DNA of 37,843 bases from a virus (taxonomy: Duplodnaviria > Caudoviricetes). Each line of letters begins with the position of its first letter. Position 1 is the stretch's first letter. The notes beneath the pieces were generated by a model, which did no database searches, had not been told where the DNA came from, and was given only the letters and a program-made list of their open reading frames with translations. Shown in pieces: positions 9,492 to 19,405 of this stretch. Location: positions 1 through 37,843 of the IMG/VR virus record IMGVR_UViG_3300017648_000010. One strand, 5' to 3'. A program made the position numbers and the translations under genes.

Positions 9492-11336
9492 TTGAGCGCT
9501 GGCGTCGTCTCTAAAACCATGGTGCTGCGAGACGGTGTATCCTCGCCTTTAAACAAGATCAACCGGGGGACCGTTGAGTACAAAAAGAGTCTGCGGGAGC
9601 TCAAGGAAGTTGCTAACAGCGCGTGGTCGGGTATCAAGACCGGCGCGATCACCGCGGCTACAGCGTTTGGAACGGTTGGGGCCGGCGTCGTTGGTCTCGG
9701 CCTTAAAACAAATGCAGTGCTGGAGACGGCGGGCAAATCGTTTGACATTTTGCTCGGGTCTACCGAAAAGGCCAATCAAATGGTTTCCGACTTGCAATCG
9801 CTCGCAGCCAAATCACCGTTTGAATTCAGCGGGTTGCAGGATGCCGCCAAGACGATGATCGGCATGGGGTTTGCGGGGAATCAGGTCATCCCGATGCTGC
9901 ACAGTCTTGGCGACGCTGTGGCTGCTGTAGGCGGCGATACGGAGCAAATGAAGGGGATTGCCCTGGCGATTGGTCAAATCCAGTCGAAGGGCAAATTGAG
10001 CGCCGAGGAAGTCAACCAGCTGGCGGAGCGGGGCATCCCGGCTTGGCAGCTCTTATCGAAAGAGATGGGCAAATCCACCGCGGAAGTCATGAAGCTCGCC
10101 GAGAATGGGGAACTGCTCTCCGATCAAGTCATCCCGACGCTGATGAAGGGGCTAAACGATCGTTTCGGCGGGTCGATGGAGAAGATGTCCGATACGTTCA
10201 CGTATACGATCGCCAACATCAAAGAAACGGCTACGATGGGACTTGCGGGCGTGACCAAACCGCTGTTCGAGGAGATCCGAAAGGACCTGCAGGGAGTTCA
10301 GGGCGCGCTATCCGGGGACAGCGCCAGAACCTGGGGCGAACAATTCTCCGGCGCGCTGATGAGTGTTTATAGCGGAGCGAAGGCAGTCGCCGGCGTATTA
10401 TTCTCGATCACGGATTTTGTCGTGAATCACTGGGGGACAATCGGCCCGATCGTTTATGGCGTGACTGCCGCGTTCGCGGCTTACGGGGTGGGGTTATTAG
10501 CGGTAAGAGCCTGGACGCTGGCGACTACAGCCGCAACATGGCTGATGGCGACGGCGCAGCTCGGGCTCGGGGCCGCCATCCGTGCGAATCCTATCGGGTT
10601 CCTGCTGACGCTGCTCGGTCTGCTGGTGGCAGCCGGCACATACGTCATCCAGAACTGGGAACAGGTCAAGCTCTACGGCATGTCGCTGTGGAACAGCGTG
10701 GTCGGCGCTGCACAGTGGGCGGTCAACCATTATATAAACTTCGCAAACTTCATGTTGCAGGTCTATAAATTTGCATGGGACAGTATAGAGTTTGCCGGAA
10801 AATCGATCTGGAACGGCATTATATCCGCCGGGGAAGCGGGCGTCAACGGCGTGATCAGCCTGATCAATCACATGGTTGATCAAGCCACGGAGGGCATCAA
10901 TACGCTGATCCGCGGGACAAATAAAGTTTCAAACAAGCTCGGGTTCGGCGATGTCATGAAGGAGGTCTCGTTCGGCAGACTGAACAAAGTCAATTTCGAC
11001 GGCGTGAAGGCCACCGTGGAAAAGCCGAAATGGGACAGCGATTTTAAAGTCATTCCGCAGGTCGATTTCAGTGGAGCGAAGTTCTCCGAAGACAGCATCA
11101 TGGCGCAAACACAAAAGGCGCAAGCGGAGCGAAACAAGAAGAACGCTGAGAAAGACAAACAAGTGACATCTTCAATGGACGGATTAGCGGATGCGCTCAA
11201 CCAAAATACCAATGCGGTCGGGGCCAATACGTCTGCCACCAAAGACAACACGGCCAAGCTCAAAGATAATAGCTCGCCGCTTGATATCTCCGATTCCTTG
11301 CTGAGCCGCATCGAAAGACATTTATATGCAACTTAG
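9492..11336 (+). CDS. Tape measure protein
   Basis: Tape-measure N-domain 'AAKSPFEF..L.DAAK', 'QIQSKGKLSAEEVNQLAERGIPAW', hydrophobic segments and W-spaced repeats; 614 aa. Confidence 0.92.
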   Translation: MSAGVVSKTMVLRDGVSSPLNKINRGTVEYKKSLRELKEVANSAWSGIKTGAITAATAFGTVGAGVVGLGLKTNAVLETAGKSFDILLGSTEKANQMVSDLQSLAAKSPFEFSGLQDAAKTMIGMGFAGNQVIPMLHSLGDAVAAVGGDTEQMKGIALAIGQIQSKGKLSAEEVNQLAERGIPAWQLLSKEMGKSTAEVMKLAENGELLSDQVIPTLMKGLNDRFGGSMEKMSDTFTYTIANIKETATMGLAGVTKPLFEEIRKDLQGVQGALSGDSARTWGEQFSGALMSVYSGAKAVAGVLFSITDFVVNHWGTIGPIVYGVTAAFAAYGVGLLAVRAWTLATTAATWLMATAQLGLGAAIRANPIGFLLTLLGLLVAAGTYVIQNWEQVKLYGMSLWNSVVGAAQWAVNHYINFANFMLQVYKFAWDSIEFAGKSIWNGIISAGEAGVNGVISLINHMVDQATEGINTLIRGTNKVSNKLGFGDVMKEVSFGRLNKVNFDGVKATVEKPKWDSDFKVIPQVDFSGAKFSEDSIMAQTQKAQAERNKKNAEKDKQVTSSMDGLADALNQNTNAVGANTSATKDNTAKLKDNSSPLDISDSLLSRIERHLYAT

Positions 11337-11348
11337 GGAGGGACAGGG

Positions 11349-11780
11349 ATGATCCAGGTATTTCTTTCGATCAACAATAACGAAGAGGTCGTGCAGCTTC
11401 CTGTCCCGCCTGAGGAATATTTCATATCGAGTCCTTGGAAAAACGAGCAGGTAAGTGGGCTCCAGCAGGCGCTAAACGTTATCGGACTGCGAGGGCTGCG
11501 CACGGTCGAGATTACATCGTTCTTCCCTGCAGAGGGCCATAACTATCCGTTTTTGCAAAACCGCGATTTATGGGGGATGGCTTACGTGGATCTGATCGAG
11601 CGGTGGAGAGCCATGCGGACCCCCGTGCGGCTGATCATCTCCGATCCGTTTAACCCCAAAAGGGAGAATGTAAACCTTCCCGTCACGATTGACGAATTCG
11701 AGTATGGCATAAAAAAAGACGGCGACATCACCTTCACCATGAAAATGACCGAATTTGCATTTGTCCAACTAGGAGGTTGA
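11349..11780 (+). CDS. XkdP-like tail tube initiator (no obvious LysM)
   Basis: 'QLPVPPEE', 'ITSFFP', 'PVRLII', 'IDEFEYG...GDI.F' motifs after the TMP. Confidence 0.75.
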   Translation: MIQVFLSINNNEEVVQLPVPPEEYFISSPWKNEQVSGLQQALNVIGLRGLRTVEITSFFPAEGHNYPFLQNRDLWGMAYVDLIERWRAMRTPVRLIISDPFNPKRENVNLPVTIDEFEYGIKKDGDITFTMKMTEFAFVQLGG

Positions 11781-11786
11781 CCGGGC

Positions 11787-12803
11787 ATGTTTCAACTGCT
11801 GCTCGTTAAAAACGACGCTTCGAGGACCTATGACATAACGCCGATCGTCGGAACCATTTCATGGGACAGCAATCTTTCGCTGATGTCTGTGCTCGAGTAC
11901 GAGTTGTTCTGGAGCGATACGAGCGAATTTCCGCTTAATCCCTGTGAACTGGGGGATGTGGTGCTGCTGCTGAAAGACGGCGAGGAAGTGTACCGCGGGA
12001 TTATCGTCACGGAAAGCCGAAGCGGCTGGGACGCAAACAAATACACGGTCTACGACTATGCGTGGTATTTGGGCAAATCGAAAAGTGTCTACCAGTTCAA
12101 CGGGATTCCGGCATCCAAGGCGATTGAACGCATTCTTCAGGATTTTGGCATGATGATCGGGAGTATCCCCGACATGAATACGCCGATCGATGAAATCTAT
12201 ATTGAGAAATCGCCGGCAGAAATCATCGATGACATTTACAAGCAGCATGAACGACGCAGCGGGAAACGTTATGCGGCGGAGATGCGGAAGGGCAAGATCT
12301 ATTTCGATGAAATGGAACATCTCGTCATCAAGGGGACGTTTCGTCTGGCCACGAATGTGGAGGCTGCCGATATCCTGTCGAGCCCGCTGGGGGCTTCCGT
12401 CACCCGAACCATCGAAAGCATGCGGAACCGTGTGAAAATATTGGTGGAGCACGACAAGGACGACAACGCCGGCTCCAAATACGAGGTTGTGGCCGCTACG
12501 CAAGATGAGGAGTCCATTTCGAAATACGGCCTGCTGGAGGATGTGTTCAAGATCGATGCCGAGGATGCCGCCAAGGCGAGGGAAGTGGCAAGGATCCTGC
12601 TGCAGCGTCTGAACCGCATCCACGAAACGAACAGCATCAAACTGGCAGGAGACGTTGATTTCAAGGCGGGCCGGCTACTCGATATCGATGAACCCATCAC
12701 GGGCATGGCGGGCCGATTTATGATTGTGGCGGCGAAGCACACCGTGGCCAATCAGTTCCACACGATGGATTTGGAGCTGGCGCTGCCGGAGGAGGTAAAA
12801 TGA
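11787..12803 (+). CDS. Baseplate hub (XkdQ/YqbQ-like)
   Basis: 'YDYAWYLGKSK', 'SIESMRNRVK'-like and 'ISKYGLL' motifs; synteny. Confidence 0.82.
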   Translation: MFQLLLVKNDASRTYDITPIVGTISWDSNLSLMSVLEYELFWSDTSEFPLNPCELGDVVLLLKDGEEVYRGIIVTESRSGWDANKYTVYDYAWYLGKSKSVYQFNGIPASKAIERILQDFGMMIGSIPDMNTPIDEIYIEKSPAEIIDDIYKQHERRSGKRYAAEMRKGKIYFDEMEHLVIKGTFRLATNVEAADILSSPLGASVTRTIESMRNRVKILVEHDKDDNAGSKYEVVAATQDEESISKYGLLEDVFKIDAEDAAKAREVARILLQRLNRIHETNSIKLAGDVDFKAGRLLDIDEPITGMAGRFMIVAAKHTVANQFHTMDLELALPEEVK

Positions 12804-13141
12804 CAGACGCTGTGGATCGATTGGCCCGAACGATTGCGAAACTACATAGGGAAAACCGCAATTTGCCGAGCACATCCCTTCGTGTAGGGGAAGTGGTCGG
12901 AATCAATCCTCTGAGAGTCCAGTGGGGAGACAGCATTATCATCAGCGAGGAAAAGCTTGTCATCCCGAAACTGTTTACGACAGGTTACCCCATTCCGAAC
13001 CGGTGGCAGGACACAAGCGGTAATATGATCGACGATACGCTGGTATGGAAGATTACTCTTTCGCCAGGCGATTACGTGGTCATCGCCCCGGACGAGTACC
13101 TGAAAGTGTGGTATATCATTGACTTGCTTGGTGGTGGATGA
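12800..13141 (+). CDS. XkdR/DUF2577-like baseplate spike protein
   Basis: 'GEVVGINPLRV', 'L.PGD.V.I' motifs; synteny. Confidence 0.75.
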   Translation: MTDAVDRLARTIAKLHRENRNLPSTSLRVGEVVGINPLRVQWGDSIIISEEKLVIPKLFTTGYPIPNRWQDTSGNMIDDTLVWKITLSPGDYVVIAPDEYLKVWYIIDLLGGG

Positions 13142-13581
13142 AGATGGCCCTTCCCAAAATTACGGAGCTGGAGCTCCCGGATAGCAATGTATTCAATAAC
13201 GCGGCGGCCCAAGCCGTTCATCAAACGTTTGAATGGGATTTTGCATCAGGCGATTTTAAGCTGGATGACGGCAAGCTCGTCCCGGCGACCCATCAGAGCT
13301 ATATTCGGATATGGATTCAAAAGGCTCTTCGTACGGTCAAGAACGGCAGGATATATGCCGGCACGAATTATGGCAGCGAGCATCATTCGCTGATTGGCAG
13401 GAACTTTAAGCCAGCCTTCAGTCAAGCGGAATACGAGCGGATGATTCGCGAAGCGCTGCTTCAAAACAGCGCCATCACGCGCGTGGAAAACTTTGATTTT
13501 ACGACCGATGGATCATGGCTCGCGATTCAGTTTGACGTCATCAGCATCTACGGCACGATAACGGAACAGGCGGTGATATAG
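13138..13581 (+). CDS. XkdS/DUF2634-like baseplate wedge protein
   Basis: 'WDF..GDF', 'WIQKALRT', 'YGSE', 'REALL', 'SIYG' motifs. Confidence 0.82.
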   Translation: MKMALPKITELELPDSNVFNNAAAQAVHQTFEWDFASGDFKLDDGKLVPATHQSYIRIWIQKALRTVKNGRIYAGTNYGSEHHSLIGRNFKPAFSQAEYERMIREALLQNSAITRVENFDFTTDGSWLAIQFDVISIYGTITEQAVI

Positions 13582-14640
13582 GTGGCAGCGGACGATGAAA
13601 TTCTTGCGAACATGCTGGATGCCGTACCTGACATCTACGATAAGCGTCCGGGAAGCTTTATCTATGATGCACTGGCGCCTGCAGCGGAGCAGTTCTCCAA
13701 AACCGATGAATCGATTGAATCGGTAAATCGTGCGCTGAGCATTGAGAATCTGTCCGGCGAGGAATTAGCAAAACGAATCAACGAACGGACGGGTATCGTC
13801 CGCAAAGGCAAAACCAAAGCGAAAGGCCAAGCCATCGTTACTGGCACAGGTACCATCAAGGCCGGCGATTTGTTTGAAACGAAAGGCGGTGTGCAGTTCC
13901 AGTCCATCGAAACGAAAAGTATTGTCATAAGCGGAGCGGTTCAAATTGAAGCCGTGATGGCCGGAAGCATCGGCAATGTAGCGGCAAACACCATCACGCT
14001 GTTTCCGGTGACGCTGACCGGGTTCACCGCGGTCAATAATCCGAACCCGACCACAGACGGCTTCGAGGACGAGTCGGATGCGGACCTGCTCCAGCGCTAT
14101 TACGACCGGATTCGCACACCGGCCACAAGCGGGAATCGGGCACATTATAAAAATTGGGCGAGAGAAGTTTCCGGCGTGGGTGATGCCCGCGTGATTCCTC
14201 TTTGGAACGGGAACAACACGGTGAAGGTCGTCATTATCAACAGCGACAAGGCGCCGGCGAGCGCCGCGATTGTGGCCGCCGCGCAAAGTTACATCGATCC
14301 CGGCGTTACCGGTCTGGGCGACGGCGCGGCGCCGATCGGCGCGTTCGCTACGATCGTCAGTGCGACAGCCGTGAATCTTTCGATCGCCGCTACAATTATT
14401 CTGAAAACCGGATATACCTTGCAGCAGGCGACGGATCACATTGCGGCCAATCTGAGCGCGTATCTCAAAAGCATTGCTTTCGTATCGTCGTTCGTCAGCT
14501 ATGCCAAGATCGGATCGAGCATCTTGGATGCCGAAGGGGTTGACGATTACACCGTCTTGACGGTCAACGGCGGCACGTCGAACATCAATGTCGGTAACGA
14601 GCAGGTTGCCGTGCTGGGGGCGATGAACATTGTCACGTAG
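13582..14640 (+). CDS. Baseplate J-like protein (XkdT-like)
   Basis: 'DKRPGSFIYDALAP', 'ESDADL..R', 'SGN..HY..WA.EV.GVG.A.V.PLWNG..TVKV', 'APIGA' motifs. Confidence 0.92.
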   Translation: MAADDEILANMLDAVPDIYDKRPGSFIYDALAPAAEQFSKTDESIESVNRALSIENLSGEELAKRINERTGIVRKGKTKAKGQAIVTGTGTIKAGDLFETKGGVQFQSIETKSIVISGAVQIEAVMAGSIGNVAANTITLFPVTLTGFTAVNNPNPTTDGFEDESDADLLQRYYDRIRTPATSGNRAHYKNWAREVSGVGDARVIPLWNGNNTVKVVIINSDKAPASAAIVAAAQSYIDPGVTGLGDGAAPIGAFATIVSATAVNLSIAATIILKTGYTLQQATDHIAANLSAYLKSIAFVSSFVSYAKIGSSILDAEGVDDYTVLTVNGGTSNINVGNEQVAVLGAMNIVT

Positions 14641-15175
14641 CGAGGAAATGATCCAGCGGCTGCAGCCCTTTATGCGCCGTTCTGCCGTTTATCAATCAAT
14701 ATTTGATGCAGAAGCGATTCAGTTCGATGCAAGGGACGCGGCGATCAGCGACCTGCAGTTGCAGCTGTCCATCGATACGGCGACCTGGGCTCTGCCGATC
14801 TACGAAGCCGAGCTTGGCATTCCCACCGATCCAACCAAGCCTTACTCCGAGCGCCGTTCGGTGATCAAGGCGAAAATGCGGGGAACGGGGAAAGTCGACC
14901 AAGCCCTGCTCAAGCTCGTTGCGGCGAGCTGGACCGGCGGCGGCATCGACGTTCAGTTCGGAAGCAGCACGATTACGATCACGTTTAACGATATCGTCGG
15001 TATCCCGGAAAATGTTGAGGCGTTCAAGCTTTCGATGGAAGAAATCACGCCTGCGCATTTAGCGGTGGTCTATGTATTCCTCTACAATACGTGGTCGCAA
15101 GCGAAAACCAAGACATGGGGACAGATGAAATCATTCACTTGGGGTCAGGTGTTGAGCAGCAAGATTTTTGAATGA
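14630..15175 (+). CDS. XkdU/YmfQ (DUF2313) baseplate wedge protein
   Basis: 'DTATWAL..YE.ELGI', 'ERRS.IKAKMRG.G', 'PAHL' motifs. Confidence 0.85.
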   Translation: MSRSEEMIQRLQPFMRRSAVYQSIFDAEAIQFDARDAAISDLQLQLSIDTATWALPIYEAELGIPTDPTKPYSERRSVIKAKMRGTGKVDQALLKLVAASWTGGGIDVQFGSSTITITFNDIVGIPENVEAFKLSMEEITPAHLAVVYVFLYNTWSQAKTKTWGQMKSFTWGQVLSSKIFE

Positions 15176-15188
15176 AGGAGGCTTCGAC

Positions 15189-16508
15189 GTGCCCACCAAT
15201 ACACCAAATTACGGACTGGCGAAGCCGGTAGATACCGACAGCGCCAATATTGACGTCATCAACGCGAATATGGATGTCATCGACACGCAGATGAAAACCA
15301 TCTACGATAAAGCTAATTCCGCGATTCAAAACACGAACGGGAGCGTAACGGACGCAAACATCGGCAGCCGAACGATCGACGACACGGTTGTCGCCGCCGA
15401 CGGAACCGACATGCCCACGCGACTCTGGTCCAAGCTCGGCAATATGATTAAGAGGATCACCGGGGAAGATCGGTGGTACACGGCCCCAGCAAGGACCATC
15501 AAGCAGCTGTATGCCGATTTGACCGGCCATACCAGCGCAGGCACCGCCCACGGATCGACGGCGGCAGCTACCGCGGGAACAATCATGCAGCGCGACGGGA
15601 ACGGGCAGGCAAGCGTCGGCGCACCGACGGCAGCGACGCATATTGCGCGTAAGCAGGACGTGGATGCGGTGTCGTCGGCGGCGGCGAGCGCACAGGGTAC
15701 GGCAAGCAGCGCTTTAACCAGGGCGAATGCGACTTTGCCCAAAGACGGCAGCGAAGCAATGACAGGAAAATTAGACAATGGACCGTATGCCTTTGTCACA
15801 AATGATTCAACAAGCGAGCAAGCTGTATTCGGGGCCAAAACAGCTAACGGCGGCGGTAAGCGTTTGAGATTAGAAGCGCATCCAGACCATTTAAAGGTTG
15901 GGCCTGATAGCGGCACGCAATACACGGTTTGGAGTAGCGGCAACATAAACCCCGTCAGCAAAAACGGCGATACTATTAAATTCTTGGATATTGCTAAAGA
16001 TGATGGCGACGCTATTTTGACGGTCGAAGATAAAAGCGCGCCAAATACCGCATTTCGGGTAAAAAGAATCTACTCATCTAAAAACGTAAACGGCGGCAAT
16101 GATTGGCTATTCAGACAGCTCAGACCTAGCGATGGAGCTATCGAAGACTTTTATCTTCAGTCTGGTAAAAGTGGTGACATTTGGACAACTGGAATGCTGC
16201 GCTGGAACGAAGCGGGCGAGTACCTTGAAATCAACGTAGGGGGGACGATGAGGCCATTGAGCGGAATAAAACCAGTCCAGCACGGCACAGTAGCCGCAGG
16301 AGCAGGACAAACGGATATAATCATTAATTCGGTTGACACGAGCAAAGCGTACCCTGTTATATCATCGTACGGCGCCTATGCTCCGCCGACAGGCGATTCC
16401 GGCGCATCTTATACCATGGTATATGCCGAGATCATCAATGCAACAACGTTGCGCGTACTCAACGATAGTCCCGCGCCGATGAAATGGCATATCATCGAGC
16501 ACAGGTAG
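15189..16508 (+). CDS. Tail fibre protein
   Basis: N-terminal 'TPNYGLAKP...INANMDVID' fibre anchor, 'LPKDGSEAMTG' repeat-like motif, Ala/Thr/Gly-rich; GTG 15189 after AAGGAGG. Confidence 0.82.
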   Translation: MPTNTPNYGLAKPVDTDSANIDVINANMDVIDTQMKTIYDKANSAIQNTNGSVTDANIGSRTIDDTVVAADGTDMPTRLWSKLGNMIKRITGEDRWYTAPARTIKQLYADLTGHTSAGTAHGSTAAATAGTIMQRDGNGQASVGAPTAATHIARKQDVDAVSSAAASAQGTASSALTRANATLPKDGSEAMTGKLDNGPYAFVTNDSTSEQAVFGAKTANGGGKRLRLEAHPDHLKVGPDSGTQYTVWSSGNINPVSKNGDTIKFLDIAKDDGDAILTVEDKSAPNTAFRVKRIYSSKNVNGGNDWLFRQLRPSDGAIEDFYLQSGKSGDIWTTGMLRWNEAGEYLEINVGGTMRPLSGIKPVQHGTVAAGAGQTDIIINSVDTSKAYPVISSYGAYAPPTGDSGASYTMVYAEIINATTLRVLNDSPAPMKWHIIEHR

Positions 16509-16520
16509 GGAGGGATCAAA

Positions 16521-16952
16521 GTGACCGAGCAAACAAACGACGAGCAGTTACCGCAAGATCCGGAGCATGAGCAAGATCCGGAGCCGCAAGCACCGGAGGT
16601 TTACAAATACGCGCAACTCAACGCGGCAAATGTATGTATCGCCATATCGTATTTGTCCGGAGAGATCACGGCGGACAATGTAAGGCGCCTTGCTCCCGAT
16701 GAAATCGTATTAGAGGGTGATATTTGGGACGACGAAAACGGCGTATGGATACCAGCGCCTCCGCCCGAACCGCCCGAACCGCCGGGGCCGTCGCTGCGGG
16801 AACAACTCGAAGCGCTGAAACAAGAGAACCAGATGCTCGGGCAGCAGCTCGTTGAGCGCGAGCTCGAAGCGTTGGAACTTCGCACGGAGAACGAATTACT
16901 CGGCAACACGATCGTCGACATCGACTTGCGATTATTAGCGGGAGGGCTGTAA
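16521..16952 (+). CDS. Putative tail fibre assembly/chaperone protein
   Basis: After the fibre; 'YAQLN..NVC' N-domain, Pro-rich linker and C-terminal coiled coil; SD GGAGG. Confidence 0.6.
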   Translation: MTEQTNDEQLPQDPEHEQDPEPQAPEVYKYAQLNAANVCIAISYLSGEITADNVRRLAPDEIVLEGDIWDDENGVWIPAPPPEPPEPPGPSLREQLEALKQENQMLGQQLVERELEALELRTENELLGNTIVDIDLRLLAGGL

Positions 16953-16953
16953 G

Positions 16954-17097
16954 ATGAGCGATTTCGAACGTATTAAGCTGTATTACGAAAAAGGATGGGC
17001 GACCAAGGCACAACTCCAGAAATACGTACAGTTCGAAAAAATAACGGCAGAGGAATACGAAATGATTACCGGCGATCCTTTACAAGAGGTGATCTAG
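16954..17097 (+). CDS. xkdX: XkdX family protein
   Basis: Not in the ORF track; translated by hand as MSDFERIKLYYEKGWATKAQLQKYVQFEKITAEEYEMITGDPLQEVI, with the 'IT.EEY..ITG' signature and SD GGAGG. Confidence 0.88.
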   Translation: MSDFERIKLYYEKGWATKAQLQKYVQFEKITAEEYEMITGDPLQEVI

Positions 17098-17098
17098 C

Positions 17099-17677
17099 AT
17101 GCCGGAATCTTTTAAGGTCGCAAGGTCGGGCCGAGTGATCAAAAACGATGGCAGCATCGTCAACACGGCCGACATGATCGAGGGGATTTACAATGCACTT
17201 GTTGGCGGCAGCACAGAAGACATGAAGAAGTTCGCCAGTATCCCAGCCAACCAATTGGCGGCTGCGAGCACAACCTATTGGTTTTGGTACGACGGTGTAT
17301 TGAGGCCAAACGCTGGAGCAAGAAGCTTTATATTCTCTAACAATTTCAATCAAGTCTCATCATCCGCACCGGCTGTTAAATTTCTTTTATACGACTCCAT
17401 AATGGTCAAGGACTTTATTGCTGCTGCGGTTACGCCTAACGTCGCAGGGCCGACGAGAGGATACAATGACACGGGCGGCATTAACCAATTGGTTCAGTTG
17501 ACCCCGAACTTCAATGCAGGGTACTGGGCGCCGTATCACAGCGTGGACTCAACATCTAGTTTCGGGATCAAGCTCGGCGCGCCGGTGGACAGCATCCTGA
17601 TCCAACTCACGACCGGAACTGGGTTGCCTACCACAGGCACCTTTGATATTTATGTCCGAGAAGTGGGGGTCCGATAA
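17099..17677 (+). CDS. Hypothetical protein (possibly virion-associated, beta-rich)
   Basis: 192 aa, SD GAGGTG, in the late operon between xkdX and the holins. Confidence 0.65.
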   Translation: MPESFKVARSGRVIKNDGSIVNTADMIEGIYNALVGGSTEDMKKFASIPANQLAAASTTYWFWYDGVLRPNAGARSFIFSNNFNQVSSSAPAVKFLLYDSIMVKDFIAAAVTPNVAGPTRGYNDTGGINQLVQLTPNFNAGYWAPYHSVDSTSSFGIKLGAPVDSILIQLTTGTGLPTTGTFDIYVREVGVR

Positions 17678-17679
17678 AG

Positions 17680-17940
17680 ATGGCAATTAAAGTCGTTTCC
17701 GGAGCGCAAGTGGACTCGTGGATTAATGATGGCGTCGATCTCGCAGTAAAAGGGCATTTCTTATCTCATGCGGAAGCCACGATCGAAGGAGCAGCGGCCT
17801 CCTTACAAATTCCGTATGAGCAGGTGTTCTGGGCGCTCTCCTTTATTTCGAGCGGCAGAACCTTTTTGTTCCAAGCGCTGCCGACGAATGATGCAGAGAT
17901 CCAGCAAGCGCAGGCGGCAAACAGCTCATTTTATTTCTAA
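17680..17940 (+). CDS. Hypothetical protein
   Basis: 86 aa, 2 nt after the previous stop; followed by a hairpin and T-tract. Confidence 0.6.
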   Translation: MAIKVVSGAQVDSWINDGVDLAVKGHFLSHAEATIEGAAASLQIPYEQVFWALSFISSGRTFLFQALPTNDAEIQQAQAANSSFYF

Positions 17941-17946
17941 GAAACT

Positions 17947-17977
17947 CACTCCGAGCCGATCGGGGTTATTTTTGTTT
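17947..17977 (+). terminator. Probable intrinsic terminator
   Basis: ctccga-gccga-tcgggg stem-loop followed by ttatttttgttt. Confidence 0.5.
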
Positions 17978-18007
17978 GCCTGAGATACGGCAGGAAGGCG
18001 GCGGGAT

Positions 18008-18244
18008 ATGCCCGAAACGAGCGAAACAAATCAGGAAATTTTGCAGCGCCTTACGAGAGTCGAGACGAAGCTGGATATGATGGTCAGCGCGCGTGACATC
18101 GCCCAGGAAGCTTTGTCGTCAACCAGGGCATCGCATAAGCGGCTGGACTCGATGGAAGATAATCAGAAGTGGTTATGGCGCACGGTCGTTGGTGCCATGA
18201 TCGTCGGGGTCATCAATCTCGCAATCAAATTCAAGGGGATGTGA
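18008..18244 (+). CDS. xhlA: XhlA-family holin/lysis accessory protein
   Basis: 'EILQRLTRVETKLD...A.....HKRLD.MEDNQKWLWRTVVGA' with a C-terminal TM helix. Confidence 0.85.
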   Translation: MPETSETNQEILQRLTRVETKLDMMVSARDIAQEALSSTRASHKRLDSMEDNQKWLWRTVVGAMIVGVINLAIKFKGM

Positions 18245-18249
18245 TTGGA

Positions 18250-18573
18250 GTGAAAGACGGACAATTTTTCACTTGGGAGGCTCTTTCCGCGATGGGAGGA
18301 GCCTCTTTGCTTACGTTTTTCATCGTGCAGTACACGAAAGTCTTGATCGATCGATGGGTGAAGCTTCCGACTGATGTGTTCGCCGTATTCGTCGCATACG
18401 GCGTGCTGCTGCTGGCACAGCTGGCGCTCGGCGCGAACGGGCACGATTGGCGCATCTATGTGCTGACCTTCGCGAATGCGTTCCTGGTGGCCGCGGCGTC
18501 GGCCCAGATGCATAACAAGTCGATCAGCCCGCCGGGACAGAAGGGAGCAGAGACAAATGCAAGCAAAGAGTGA
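18250..18573 (+). CDS. Holin
   Basis: Three hydrophobic segments, 'FFTWEAL.AMGGA', directly before the endolysin; GTG 18250. Confidence 0.75.
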   Translation: MKDGQFFTWEALSAMGGASLLTFFIVQYTKVLIDRWVKLPTDVFAVFVAYGVLLLAQLALGANGHDWRIYVLTFANAFLVAAASAQMHNKSISPPGQKGAETNASKE

Positions 18574-19366
18574 TTCGAATCTTTGGGGCATCGATGTCAG
18601 CCGATGGCAGGGACTGATCGACTGGCCGAAGGTTGCCGCGGCCGGTGTACAATTCGCATTCGTTAAGGCCACGGACGGCATCGGCTGGACTGATCCGCAA
18701 TTCCGGCGCAATGCTGGCGGGGCCAATGCCGTTGGCATTCCTGTCGGCTTCTACCATTTCGCTCATCCGGAGACAAACTCCGCTGCCGCTGAGGCTGAAG
18801 CTTTTACGGAAACGGTCAAGGGGCTGCCGGTGGATCTGCCGTATGTGCTCGATCTGGAAGGTGAGGCCGTAGCGGCGCTCGGACGTGAAAAGCTGACAGT
18901 CTGGGCGGATACGTGGCTGCGGGAGGTGCAGCGACGCACCGATCATCCTGTTATGCTCTATACCGGTGCCGCCTTTGCCCGGAGTTACTGCGGTGAGCAG
19001 TTGGCCAAATATCCGCTATGGGTTGCCCACTATGGCACGGACCAGCCAATGAGCAACAGCACTTGGGAACAATGGTCTGTATTCCAATATTCCGATAAGG
19101 GCAGCTGTGACGGAATCGAAGGCGACGTTGATATGAACCTGATGGAGTTGGATTTCTGGAAGGAGGTAACGGGCCAAGTGGATAAGAAGACCGACTTCCC
19201 GGACGTAGAGGCTGGCCGGTGGAGTGAGAACTGCATCGCGGCTGTGTCGGCTGCCGGGATCATGACCGGATATGAAGATGGTACGTTCAGGCCGGATCAG
19301 CCAGTAACGCGCGAGGAGCTGGCGAAGGTTCTGAACGACATGTTATATTTGATCAATCAGAGATGA
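18557..19366 (+). CDS. Endolysin: GH25 muramidase plus C-terminal SLH domain
   Basis: 'GIDVSRWQG.IDW', 'KATDG', 'GFYHF', 'LDLE', 'LWVAHY', 'FQYS..G...GI.GDVDMN'; SLH 'F.DV...W....I......GIM.GY.DGTFRPD..VTREE.A'. Confidence 0.93.
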   Translation: MQAKSDSNLWGIDVSRWQGLIDWPKVAAAGVQFAFVKATDGIGWTDPQFRRNAGGANAVGIPVGFYHFAHPETNSAAAEAEAFTETVKGLPVDLPYVLDLEGEAVAALGREKLTVWADTWLREVQRRTDHPVMLYTGAAFARSYCGEQLAKYPLWVAHYGTDQPMSNSTWEQWSVFQYSDKGSCDGIEGDVDMNLMELDFWKEVTGQVDKKTDFPDVEAGRWSENCIAAVSAAGIMTGYEDGTFRPDQPVTREELAKVLNDMLYLINQR

Positions 19367-19371
19367 CGAAT

Positions 19372-19405
19372 ACCCCGCTGGCTTTAAGCTGGCGGGGTTC
19401 TTTTT
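19372..19405. terminator. Terminator between the convergent lysin and YhjD-like genes
   Basis: ACCCCGCTGGC-tttaa-GCTGGCGGGGT followed by tctttttg. Confidence 0.75.

Noticed and set aside
15189-16508. Diversity-generating retroelement or invertible tail-fibre cassette
   Set aside because: No reverse transcriptase ORF, no template/variable repeat pair and no inverted fibre fragments seen.
16552-16785. Short direct repeats (GCAAGATCCGGAGC x2; CCGCCCGAA x2)
   Set aside because: Explained by low-complexity QDPE and PPE linkers in the encoded protein.
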